Of a stretch of DNA of 64,000 nucleotides, positions 1-11,691 are shown piece by piece. The position numbers and the translations under genes are program-made. How positions within the stretch are numbered: the stretch's first letter is position 1; each line of letters opens with the position of its first letter. Below the pieces are notes generated by a model. That model was not told the DNA's origin and searched no databases. It worked only from the letters and a program-made list of their open reading frames with translations. Source of the stretch: Leidyana gryllorum EB-2025a. Taxonomy: Eukaryota > Protista > Apicomplexa. The DNA is taken from positions 256,269 through 320,268 of the forward strand of contig JBLWGC010000208.1 in NCBI GenBank assembly GCA_048772705.1, given 5' to 3'.

Positions 1-62
1 TGTATTGTCGTTACGCACAAGTACGTGGACCTACATCGGGCAACTTGTAGGCCATAGCTGCA

Positions 63-2264
63 ATGAAGCCCTTTCCTGATGACAAATTGGACCCTTCCCC
101 CTCAATGACCCAGCCCAGTACGACCTCTCTGCTAAGAACACAGCGTGCCTCTTTGAAAATAATTCCTTCCCAATGTCCTCCGGCCGAGCACGACGACGGA
201 ACATCAACCAGGCAGAGTAACTCGGAGAGCTCAGGACACGAAGAACGACGAGTTCTCGAAATGCGCTCACAGATTCGCGCTGAACTCGCGCAGCCTCGCC
301 AACGGCTTTCCTATCCTCCGCCCACAGAGCCAGTACCCAGCCCACCCAAACGACGGGTAGGGAAGGTTAGATACTGCTTTGGAGGACGATTCCTCTTCGG
401 GCCTGACATGCGTCTGGCTTCGGTCGCCATACTGATGATAGTGATCCCTTCCATCATCTATGATGGATGGAGTCTCCCTGTGAGCACCTGCCTGAATTAT
501 CGCTCGATATTGACTCCCTCTCAGTGGATGGTCAACCACTGGAAAGGCGGTTGGGTTCTGGCACTCTTTGCTGGGGTCCTGGAAGTCGTTGTACTCGGCC
601 TGTTCCTGCGCACAGCCCTATCCGACCCGGGAATAGTCCCAAGGGAGGCCGATCTTAGCGGCGCGGGCACTGGTGGGTGGTACGATCAGGTGAGCCTCCG
701 CCGCCCTTTCGTTGCTAACGCCCCCCGCAGATCCTCCCTCGCAATCCCCCAAAGCACCAAGACGTCGTCATACATGGTCACTTATTCAAAATGAAGTATT
801 GTCTTAGCTGTGAGTCCCCGAACGACTGCTACGACCAATCTTCTTCCCCCCAATTGACGTGACCTCCTCCATCCCGCGTCTCCACACGTGTGTGTGCGTG
901 TGTGTGTTCAAGTTCAAGTCGACACGGCGCTCTGTAGGTAAATTCTACCGGCCTCCCCGGTGCGTTCACTGTTCAACTTGTGATAACTGTGTCGATAAGT
1001 TCGACCATCATTGCCCGTGGGTGGGGAATTGTGTTGGAAGACGCAATTACAGGTGAGTGCTGCGGGTGATAGTTTCGTCTTGGTACCACATTCTCTCTCC
1101 CTGTTGTGGCAGATCCTTCATACTTTTCATTTCCACAACCTCAATCTTCATTCTACTGGTTCTAAGCACGAGTCCGATAAAGTTTACACAGTGTTTCCAA
1201 GACCGCCATAAACAGGTGCGAGACGGTAGAGTTGTGTGCACCACTACTGAGTTGCCCGACAGAGCTTGGATGAGAATGGGGACGGTGAAGGCATGAGAAC
1301 TGTGTGGCTTACCGCCTGGGATTCTGTGGTTCTCACATTGTTCTGTATCGGCATTCTGTGGTTCGTCTTAGGTCTCGCAGGTTATCATTTCTTCCTGGTA
1401 AGAGGGCTGGCTGTGGCGAGGACTAACCAAATAATAATCAACCCATCCTTCGCGCGCGCAGATTACATCTAACCAGACCACGTACGAACAAATCAAAGGC
1501 TTTTACGAAGAGAAGATGAACCCATGGGATAGGTGAGTGAACGATTCGTGGAGTATCGACGAACACACACACACACTTCCGGCGGCAGGGGGCTTCGACG
1601 TAATTTGCGCGAGCTCCTTTGTAGACGCAGGAGACCCAAATTCACATTCCGCCCCAGAGGATCGATAATTTACGCTGACATGGCTCCAATATCGGCGTGT
1701 CCCAGCAGTGGAAGAGTGGAGAGTGGAGGAATAGTTAGACGAAGCATTCAACTCCGACAGCAAGCTGCGGGAAGCGAGCTGGCTCGATCGTTGTCCTTGA
1801 AGAGCACTCACACCCCTGATCGCCAAAGCACAAATCCTCAACTGCCTCCCAGACTGCGAGGCGCTGTCTATCACGCCGCAGAACGGCCGAGCTCCGTTGG
1901 CAGTTTCGTTTCTGCTGACACTCCCGTTCGTGAGACAAACGAGCAGGAAACGCAAGAGGAGCCCCCTACTGCAACCCCAGGCTCCCAGAACTGTGCGGGA
2001 TGCGGCGCTATCGACGGCGATTGCGTTTGTACGAGACGATTAGTGGCCAACGACATTTTTTACCGAAGGCGATCAAATACAGAGGATGTGGTCATCGGGA
2101 AGTCGTGTGTCGAGACTGAGCCTGGTTGTGTGTTCGCGGAGCTTGACCGCCCGAGCTCCAGGGATGCAACCATTTTGAGTTGGCTGCGTAAAGCAGGGGA
2201 GTTCGGCCGGTTAATGAGCAAAACAGACTTGGGCCGCTGGACCTGTGTGCTTCCCGAAGACTGA
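63..2264 (+). CDS. DHHC (zDHHC/Erf2-like) protein S-palmitoyltransferase, multi-exon
   Basis: [35 protein letters not shown] motif (~945-1052), SDPGIVPR motif, TM helices, and NQTTYEQIK (TTxE) after splicing; several GT-AG introns (e.g. ~480-524, ~690-730, ~810-937, ~1053-1112). Confidence 0.93.
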
Positions 2265-2319
2265 GATCAATCCACAAAAACCAGCTGAGGCTTAACCTCA
2301 GTCTGTTGCTCACTTAAAA

Positions 2320-4538
2320 CTACGCACGAAGAGGTCGCCGGCTCAATACGGGTCCGGGGGCCCGGAAGAAGGATTGGTGGTTAGCGTACGCAGACGGAGA
2401 GGAGCTAGTGGCTGTGGCCGAGAGATTGGGATGGGTGGGGGCGAAAGGAACAGCAGGTGGGGAGGCCAGGGCCGCTGCTGAGGCACTCCAGACTGCAGGA
2501 CGTTGTGGATACGCGGAAGTGTACGCCAAGACACCCGAAGGCTGACCAATCAGTCCTTGATGGGGTCCAGCTCGAGTTGCTGCCACTGGCGAGAGCAGTA
2601 GATGGGAGGGATAAGGAGGCGGCGAATATGGCGACATACTGGGCATGTACGGAGCTTGTGGCGCCGGCTGTTCACGAGCCGTCTGCTTCCACGGAAAATA
2701 AGAACCGTTGCCGGCCCAGGGGTCGCTGGCTGGATTCTCCAAACTCTCCTCATTCCCCTCAGTTGGTGTTTGCTGCCAATCCAAGGGGTCGTCGAGGGCA
2801 AAGTCCTGTCTGGAATCTCCAGGCCCACCAGACCTCTTGAGCGAGACCTTCAGCCTCTTGATGCCCACTGACACACCATTCAACTCTGCCACCGCATCTC
2901 GTGCCGATTGGGTCTTGTCAAATGTAACGAAGCCGAAACCACGGCTTCTTCCGCGGGGGTCCCGCTGCACGGTCGCGGATAATACGCGCCCACAGTGGCT
3001 GAAAAACTGCAGCAAGTGTGTAGAGATTGCAGTGTGTGTGGATGTGTGTGTGCTCTGATGGAGACGCGGTGCATTCGAAGATCATATGTTGGTGCTCGAG
3101 AGAGCTACTCGGCGTAATTATGTGCATCGAACATCACTGATCGGAATCAAGGGCACACTGACAATCCTTTCCCCATTTTCCCAGTTCCCAGTGCTGTACG
3201 TACAATCGATCCACAACTATACACAAGACGGCGTCCGCATCGAGAGAGATTAAGTGCAGTGTATGGGACGGGGCGGTGCGGGATTTAGATCGGAGATGTC
3301 GAAGCTAATTACCTGTTTAAGAACGGAGTCTGTCCAGTCATTTGGGAGATGGAAGACGAAAACCGTGCAGTCGGGGCGCGGATGGGGGCCGTTCCCGACT
3401 TGTTTAGGCTGTACTTTCAGCCGTTTGTTACATACTTCCAGTCCATTCAAGTGTAATATGGCCATTGCGGCAGCCCGAGGGTCCATGTAGGTGACAAAAC
3501 CATATCCACGCGAGGTTCCGTCCTCTTTTCGTGACACTTTCGCAGCCACTACCGGGCCGAACGGCAAAAACTTGTCTCGCAAATCCTTGTCATCCCAATG
3601 GGGTGGTAAATGGAAGACGAAAAGTGAGCAGTCGCGATCACGGTCAAAAGCTTCGTTGTGTTCGGACATGCGTAACAGTTTCTGGACCTGGAGATGTAGA
3701 CATTCTTCAGGGGTCTTTTTGAGGGAAACCTTCAGCCTCTTCCCTCCCACTGAGTATCCATTCATTCGTTCCACGGCAGCAATTGCAGCATCGCGCATGT
3801 CGTAACACACAAACCCATAACCTTTGCTGGACCCATCGGGTCGCTTCACGACCTTCGCACTCAATATATTACCGAAAGGGCCGAACGCCTGTAGATCGAA
3901 TCAAACTTGATATAAAGGAGGATCTTGCGTGTAAATGCAATACCAAAACACCGTAGATTGGAAGAGAGAAGGAGACTAAGTACACATTTCATTTCATTTC
4001 ATGAAAGATAGAAGACACTATGAGAGGCCGCAGATAGCGTCTCGATGAGCACGAGCGACCCGGGGCGGAAGCGACTCCACGTTCGTAGGAAGCATCGAAT
4101 GGACACATCAGATTGAGTCAAAGTTGAATGTATGCGACACACCGCGTGAGCCCAGGATATACCCACCTGTTTTATATCAGCTTCGCGCCACTCAGAAGGA
4201 AGATGAAATATGAATAAGTTTTGGTCGCAGAGTTGGCGGCGCAAATCGAGGGCTGGTTGTGAATGTGTGGCTTCAGAAGGGATATCGGCAGGATCGGACG
4301 TGGTCCCGGGAGAAGTGGCCGCGCCATGGGGCGGGGTGGCTTGCGGGCCGGAATAACTAGGCGATGCTCCGAAGGAGGTAGCATCATCACTTAGGTCCAC
4401 ATTTTTGCCGGAGTCGTAGTATCTGGAGGCACCGGAGGGGTCGCCGCCCGCATCGGCAGAGTTAGGCACGACAAAGTCGGCAGTCGCTCGAGCCGCGGGT
4501 GGGATCAATAGTCCTGCTCGGTGGGGTCGGTGCATCAT
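2320..4538 (-). CDS. RNA-binding protein with three RRM domains (CELF/Bruno RRM3-like), 3 exons
   Basis: Three repeats of (L/V)F(I/V)FHLP...S(K/R)G(Y/F)GFV...NG..V..KRLKV; introns 3889-4166 and 3007-3312 restore the frame; Pro-rich tail. Confidence 0.88.
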
Positions 4539-4748
4539 GGTAGAAAGAAGAAGAGGAGCGTGTGTTGAAAGAGCGAGGGTAGTGGCCACAGTTGTATACA
4601 GGATGGGAAGGGAAGCGAACGAGCAACGACTAGTCTAATCAGCAGGAATAGGCATGTACAGGTAGCGAATTCCTATCAACAGAGACACTTCATTGCCACC
4701 TTCAACCTCGCCCTAGGGCTTCAAAAACAAACTAATCTAAACCAAACC

Positions 4749-6253
4749 ATGGAGCAGGAGGACATTCGTGCCCTTGTCTCTCAACTACATCGCAAGAACT
4801 CGGATCTCCTCCGCACGCTCTACAGGAAGCAGACTATCTTGGAAAATGCGCAAGCGGCTCTTTCCTCGTCAGCGGCAGCTGAGGGTCTGGTGCCTTACCC
4901 CGAATACGAAGGAAGAGTGGCCAAGGACTCCGAGAAGGAAAGATTAGCTCTAGCACGTCTCAAACGCCGACTGTATAGGATTCGAAGTAGACCGAAAGTC
5001 GACCACGATGTCATCAAACCACCCACGGGCTCCTTGGAGCCTCCGCCATCTCCTGCCTTTGCTATCGTCGCCGAAGTCGGCAAACTCATGCGCCCGCCGG
5101 GATCCTACCTTACAGACGTCATCTACTGCGACTGCGAAAACTGCCTCCGGTCCATAGAGGAGGAGTTGAACGCAGATCGACTGTGGATAATGGGCCAGAA
5201 AGCCCGAGCGGCCTCCATCAATCGTCCAGAATGCTTACTCGTCCTCCCAGCGCACTCCAGTGCCCTCAAACTCCGTAGTCTCAAACTTCGAGTTCCGAAA
5301 GGAGCCACCTACATGTCCAAGGCGCTGAGAGCCACCGCTCCTGCACAGCGCAGACAATTCCAAGAATGCGCAGTCGAAGACGCAGACAAAGACGAAGACC
5401 CCGCCTGGATCGAGATTGAGAGGGAAATAGAAAGGGTGGAGCGGGAAATTCGATCTCAAGTCGGCTCTGCTGACTGGAATGCTGAGGTACTGGCCACTTG
5501 ATGTCTCACGAATATGGCTCCTGCAGGTAGTAGTGATCGTGACATCCCTCCAAGTCGCCTTCACATCCTATGCGACTTGTTTCCGCCTCCTCCGATTCCT
5601 GGAGGCGAAAGGTGTTGACCACTTTGCGATAGATATCAACTCTGATACTGGCACAGGTGAGACCTATTTCTTCAACAAGACAACGATCTTTACATCACCC
5701 TAACAGATTCTTTGGACTATCGTCTGGTACGCAAATGGCTGGAGGCAGGGCGAATTCATCAAGACCCACGGAAGGTTGCAAGCAAGGTCAAAATGACAGC
5801 TTTGGCTCCGCAAGTGCTGGTCGATGGCGTACCGTTGGGTACTTTTGAGGAAATTCTGACTATGGAGGACGAAGGAGATCTGGGTGAGATGCAGACCTCC
5901 CATTCGACCACTCCTTTGTCTCCTGCCCTGCAGATTATGTTTTGTCACGGAAAGCGTGTCCAAACTGCTTGTGCAATCGCAAACCGGGCGCTGATGATTG
6001 TTGGAAATGTGGGGCATCCTTCGCCCCATTGATCTGTCGCGACTGGCTGACCAGCGAGGAGATCACCATTCTTCTACAGGCTAATGAGATCAACAGTTCG
6101 CGAATCAAAGCCCCCTCACCTCGCGACTTTGAGCGGCGCCGTCGCCATCTAGGCTTGGCCCGCATTGATGAGGACATTGCCGCTTGGTTCACCCCTGATC
6201 GCATGGCCAAGTTTGGAATTCCGAGTATTGGGTTCATGGTTGACTTTGATTGA
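4749..6253 (+). CDS. Coiled-coil + glutaredoxin/SH3BGR-like domain + CxxC...CxxC zinc-ribbon protein, multi-exon
   Basis: Spliced product reads VVVIVTSL...FLEAKGVDHFAIDIN...APQVLVDGVPLGTFEEILTMEDEGDL then CPNCLC...CWKCG; introns ~5487-5526, ~5657-5706, ~5883-5933. Confidence 0.65.
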
Positions 6254-6286
6254 GCTCAAGGAAAGTGTTCGAATGTGTGTGCGCTG

Positions 6287-7728
6287 ATGTCTCTGATGCT
6301 CCGTTTATGGTTCCCTCTCATGGTGCTATTCCCCATTTGGACTTCTTGCCATTCGGATCAGCACCAACCAGTTCCTGGGCATTTACGATTCCCAGCCGCT
6401 CCTGTGTGCCCATTCAAATCCACTTCACACGCTCGGTTCTATGATGCCGAACGAAATCTGTGCGTCCAGCTGGTGGAAGATGACCGAGTCGCCCCACTGT
6501 CAGCGCCTTGTCCGCCTGGATCGGGCAGACGGCAGGACGAGTTTTTATGTCGGGGTGAAATCATAACTGCGTGGGAAATCAAGTGTCGACATTCTTCTGA
6601 TACACTCCCTACTCGCCCCTTTTACGCTAACCAGGACTACCAGTGCATCAAATCCTTGGTATACGTCCCAAGACCGAAACGTTGTCCTGAGGGTTTCGTC
6701 TTGAAGAAACTCGTGGATCGATGGGGAACAGCGATAGGAAAGCGTGGTACCCTGTGTGTTTCCATAGCCTCTCGCCCAGCAGACATAGTTGAGATTGATC
6801 CAATCACACTGGAATCCTGCAGGATGGTTCCTTACGTGCCCGGTCACGACGAGTTGATAGAATACGAAGAGAACACCTTTATTCCGGGCGGAGATCTCAG
6901 CTCACCTGAAAAGCACAAGCAGGTTTGTGCTCGAGTTTCCACCAACAAAGTCGTCCGTTGTCCATACGAAGGTCAATTGGTGCAAAAGGATGACAAGAGC
7001 TGGGAATGTGTGACAAGAGTACATGTTGGGGCAGAGCACGATCCTACAGGGTGCAAGAAGAAGTTCTGGTGGAGCTCAGAATTCCAGATGTGCGTCTTTT
7101 TGGAAGGTTATGCTCCTCCTCGCACGTGCCCCAACGGCGCAGACAAGCCCCCTGTCCGGCACAGCGGGGTTACGCGACGGAACCGCTTGGCTCCCAGATA
7201 CTATGGAGACGAAGCCAACCCCGGCCGATGCGTGATCGACTCGGCATTACCCGATAATCCGTACTGTCCTGAAGGATACTGGTTACAAATGTACAGACCC
7301 AAAGACAAAGGGTTGCCTCAGTGTATACGGGAATACACCACCAAGCCGACGTATACTTGCGAGTCCGTGAAAGACTCAATAATGGAGTAAGTTGAGACCT
7401 ATCACGAGCACGGTCATACACATACACCTTCATCAGAGATGATCCAGTGACAAGCAAACCCGTCTGCGTCGTGCGGTGGGATGAGTCTCTGTACATTGCC
7501 GGGCCCGCATTGCCATCAAAGAGACAGAAGAAGGACACGTGGGCTTTGCTTAAGAAACCTGTGGCAACACCAGCTGACATTATATGGGCATACGAAAACA
7601 GCGAGCAGTTGCACTCAGAAGCCGAGTTTGCCTCCACAGCCGAAGTTGCATGGGAAGAAACAATGCAGGCCGCTCTGGAGTTCTTGACACCAGTTGGGGC
7701 AAGCAACTTGACTGCAGTCACGAGCTAA
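6287..7728 (+). CDS. Secreted cysteine-rich oocyst-wall-protein-like protein
   Basis: N-terminal hydrophobic signal (MSLMLRLWFPLMVLFPIWTSCHS); repeated CP(E/N/P)G...C motifs (CPEGFVL, CPEGYWL, CPNGA, CPPGS); intron ~7387-7436 extends the frame to TAA 7728. Confidence 0.6.
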
Positions 7729-7753
7729 GACCTTTTTCTAAATTTGGAGGAGG

Positions 7754-10602
7754 ATGTCCACATGCCCCAAAGAGGAGTTGGTGGAGGAGCAGCCCGGAAC
7801 GGTCATTAGTAATGTCACTAACGATGTTCTCGATGCTCTCTCATCGCGCCTCTTGAGTGCAATCATAGAAAAGAGCAGTCTTAGCTTCATTGAGGAGAAC
7901 CACCTTAGGGACCTCTCAGCGGGCCTCGATGCCCTACAGCGGGAGATTGAAAACAGTCTGCCGCGCAAAGCTTCAACAGCGGCCCCTTCCAACCCATGCT
8001 CCACTTTGTGCGCGGACCTATCAACTCCTGCCTCATCGTTACCGGATGCCACAGATGGAACAAATCCGGGGAAACGTTCAGCCCCTCCTTCCCCCAGCCC
8101 CGCTGAGACTCTTACCCCCTGGTCTTATGATTGGTCTCAAGGTATCGAAGCCTTTGCGTACTCATCATGATTTTCTGTTCTCTGATTAGGTGGTGACATA
8201 GCTGTAGACAGCATATGCCGTCTATTGGAGCTGCTGATGCGGGCCATTCAGCTAGTTATTGGCACTACCACTCTGGAATGGCCCTCGCGAGGTGTTCACC
8301 TGGCAACAAGTGGTTCGATTGGGATTCGTTTGGGAGCTATTGAGGTGTTGAGAGGGGTCTTACGAATTTATGGATGGCTATCTCCAATCTTGGCCAAACT
8401 ATTGGAAGGTTATCGAGCAACCAGACCCCCGCAGAAGAAGATCAAGCGGGAGCCGCAAGAACGATATGCTGACCGTGGGCGTGTAAGTCTACAGGATCTA
8501 CGACCTCCGTCCACGAGTAAAGGAGTTTTCGACAATGCTAACTTCCAAATCGTTCGCTGCCTTCACAACTTGTTCATGTGCGTAGGAGAAGCAGCCACCA
8601 ACCACTTGGTGTTCTTCGTTGATGACTGGTCAGCGTTCGTTCGCCGTGAGGCCTTCGACGCACTCAAAGTAATATGGACCCCAATGGAGCTTCTGCATGA
8701 AACTGCCTCGTGGGAACTCGATGTCAGTTCTGCTTGGCCGTCTCCGCTGAAGCAGTGGAAGTGGCTCAGAACGGCCATCGAGCGGTTATCGGGCCCAACC
8801 GCCCTTGAAGTTACGGATGAATGGGAGACATTTATACCTCCCGCTCAATCATCAAGACATGAGCGGTTCAACCATTCTCTGGTGATGCAGAGGCGACTCG
8901 ACGCTGAAGCAATGCCTCTCGAATCTGCTGCGACTCTGGTGGATACGGGAAAATTCTGTCAAAACTCAACTCTGGGTCCTCATACTATACATGGGCACAT
9001 GAAGTGCCTTGTAAGCAATGTCAGCGTACTTGCAGGAAGTACCAATCAACCTGGGTGAGACATTCCTCGATATTTCCAGCAAACTTGACGAATGATTGTT
9101 CAGCTGGCTGATCCGTGGGCTGGAAGATCCTGATCCGGATTCTCGGTTTAGTGCTGCCCAATTCCTCAAATGTGTTTTTTCTCACGACCGTCACTCCTTG
9201 GCCAGTAAGTATCCACCACTTCAGCTCTGTGACAGCATTGTTCTTTCTGCGCAGCGAAAGAGAAGTTCAATCTGCCAGTGATGGATCTGTTGTACGATGC
9301 ATCCGACGGGGTGCGTGAGGCCATCACGGAGGTGAGTTCTTTACGTTGTTCAGTAGAGCTGTTGGATCCTTGTTGTGGTATCGTGGCCTTGTTGATCAAA
9401 TCAATCTGTTTCTAAATTCCTCTTGTCGTTTCCAGGCCTCAATTCTATTGGCTAAGCAACAACCATTCAAAGACGGAGCTTTCAAGCGTTTCGAAATGCT
9501 GATCCACACACAACGGCGGAATCTCCGAACGACCGCCTTCTGGTTATTGGGCAAATGCCCCGCCTTGAACATAAACGCTATAAAAGAAGGGTTCAAGGCC
9601 CTTCTCAATGCAGCAGAGCAATGTGCCACTGATAGTGTCGCGGGTGTGGACTCATTGTACGACGTGATCAAGACAATGGTCGCACTGGTGGAAACTAATT
9701 CAGACAAAGTTATTGATTTAATGTCTGTGGCTACAGAGTCTTTGCGAATCCGGTAAGGGTGTTGTTGTGACGGTGGAGCATTTTGCAACAGGTTTGCGGA
9801 GGAATCTTCAATGTCACCCGAATGCCCTCGCTTTCTTGCATTCGCTGCCTATGCAGCAGCTCTGGTAGAGCATTGTTCCGGTACTGCTCTAACAGGTCTC
9901 CCGATTTCGCTAATATTCTGGCACGGAGAACTCCGACGGAGATACCCGGAGCTGTTTCACCGAGACTTGCTGATAATTCCACAGCAAGACATTGCTATGG
10001 AACTGGGCATCAGGAACCCGCCTCTTTCCTTGACAGCGTTCTCGATGCGTCAGAGTGGAACATCCACAAACTTTGATGTTACTCGCCGATTTGTTGAATT
10101 GCGACGCGAGGGTTTAGTGATGATAAGACCGCGCGGCGGCGAAGCAGTGGCGACAAAAATGGACGAAGATGAGGACAACATGGCTGACGATGGCATTGAC
10201 TGGATCACAATTGACGCTAACCCGAATCCCAATGAAGATGAAGATCAGGTATTTGTTGCACTGCTGGGATGGCAATCAGCGAAGGACTCCACACTGCCCC
10301 CCGCGACCGCCAAGATGGTGAGCAGCGGCCGGTTGCCCGACCACGATACCACTGGCAATATTGCCTCGACGCGTTTGAGACATCTCGAGGGCCCCCACTG
10401 GGAGTTGCGGGTTTTGCAAGAGGCAGGAACGACGTACAGTTGCATTGAGATTCCCGCTGGTATGAGGACAGTGGAAGGCAATCTGACAGGGAAGGTGCTT
10501 CTGCGACCGTGGGAGTCCAACTGTGTTCCGCCTGGGGCAAAGTTTGAAGGATGCTTCTACAAGCCGATAGCAATCACCCTCGTTGAAACTGAGAAGTCTT
10601 GA
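7754..10602 (+). CDS. HEAT-repeat protein, possibly Integrator complex subunit 4-like, multi-exon
   Basis: HEAT motifs FFVDDWSAFVRREAFDAL, LIRGLEDPDPDSRFSAAQFL and DASDGVREAITE; consecutive + strand ORFs joined by GT-AG introns; beta-rich C-terminus. Confidence 0.5.
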
Positions 10603-10603
10603 C

Positions 10604-11627
10604 TTAGCTTTCAATGTCCTCCAAGTCGACATCGTCGTCGAATAAGGCCTCGTCTTTCCAGAACACTTGATCTTTGGCCGCAGAGCTCGACGGAGGCTCC
10701 TCGAGATTGCTTGTGGTTGTGCCAGCGGCACCTTCCAAGCCGCGAGCTCGGAGGAATATATCCTTCCCTGTAGGTCGTGAGTCTATGAGGTCTTCATCTT
10801 TCCATATGCCAGCAGTGATCATCTCAAACCGGAAAGCGTGTCTCCATTTCTGGAACTGTTCCTCTGTCACTCGATGATCCTCGGCCACCAGATCTTTATC
10901 TGCGAGACGGCCAGCGCTGCTGTGGCTAGAAACGGAATCGTCATCGTCGTCTTCGTCGCTTCCATAATCATCACGGAGACCGCCCCCAGGGCCTGTACAG
11001 GGGCTCCCGCCGGTCTGGTTCTTGGCAACTGTGTCGAAGAGAGAGCGCAGGGGCTCGTTATTCGCTTGCAGCCATTCCTATATGCAAAAAGTGACCGGGG
11101 GCTCAGAGGGGATGCCCCTGCTGCTTACTGTTATCCGGGAGTAAAGGTCGAAGAGCACCTCAAACCCCGCGTTAGACGAGAGAGTGTCTTCAATAATCGC
11201 CTTGATGGCATTTTCCCGTGCACCATCAATGTTTTTCTCTGTGGACAGCAGAAAGTATATCATCGACGAGGCATTATTGAATCGGAGAAACTGCACGGGC
11301 GTGGAGGAGTGAATGGATGGATACGTCTGTCTGTCTGTCCGTCCGTCAGTCCGTCGGTCAGTCCAGTGGTGATGTTTTGCAGTGATAGGGGTTTTGTAGC
11401 TTACTCGATGTTATGAATACCTCGACTGGCGCCTCAGCAGGGTATTCGGGTGGGACAGAGAGTCTGAGGCCAATGGCGACTTGATTTTCGGTAGAGTCCA
11501 TTGGAAGGCCTGGGGAGGGCAGGAGGAATATGTTGACATCGGTCCCATTGACTTGAATATCGGTGTCTGTGAATATGGACTGGAGGGCTTCGACTTCGTC
11601 AGCCTGATGTTGAAGGAGGGACGTCAT
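10604..11627 (-). CDS. RWDD1: RWD domain protein (RWDD1/Gir2/DFRP2 family), multi-exon
   Basis: QADEVEALQSIF...VPPEYPAEAP RWD motif; C-terminal VTEEQFQKW...RPTGKDIF...DEALFDDDVDLED typical of DFRP2. Confidence 0.8.
11326..11365. repeat. Degenerate tetranucleotide microsatellite (CTGT/CCGT/CGGT)n inside an RWDD1 intron
   Basis: gtctgtctgtctgtccgtccgtcagtccgtcggtcagtcc; similar tracts at ~13265-13285, ~14740-14815, ~28050-28070 and ~58480-58503. Confidence 0.7.
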
Positions 11628-11691
11628 CCTGAGGGCTTATTGGGGGCAAAAATTTCCGGAATTGATAGTTTGGTGATCTACAGTGAAGATA

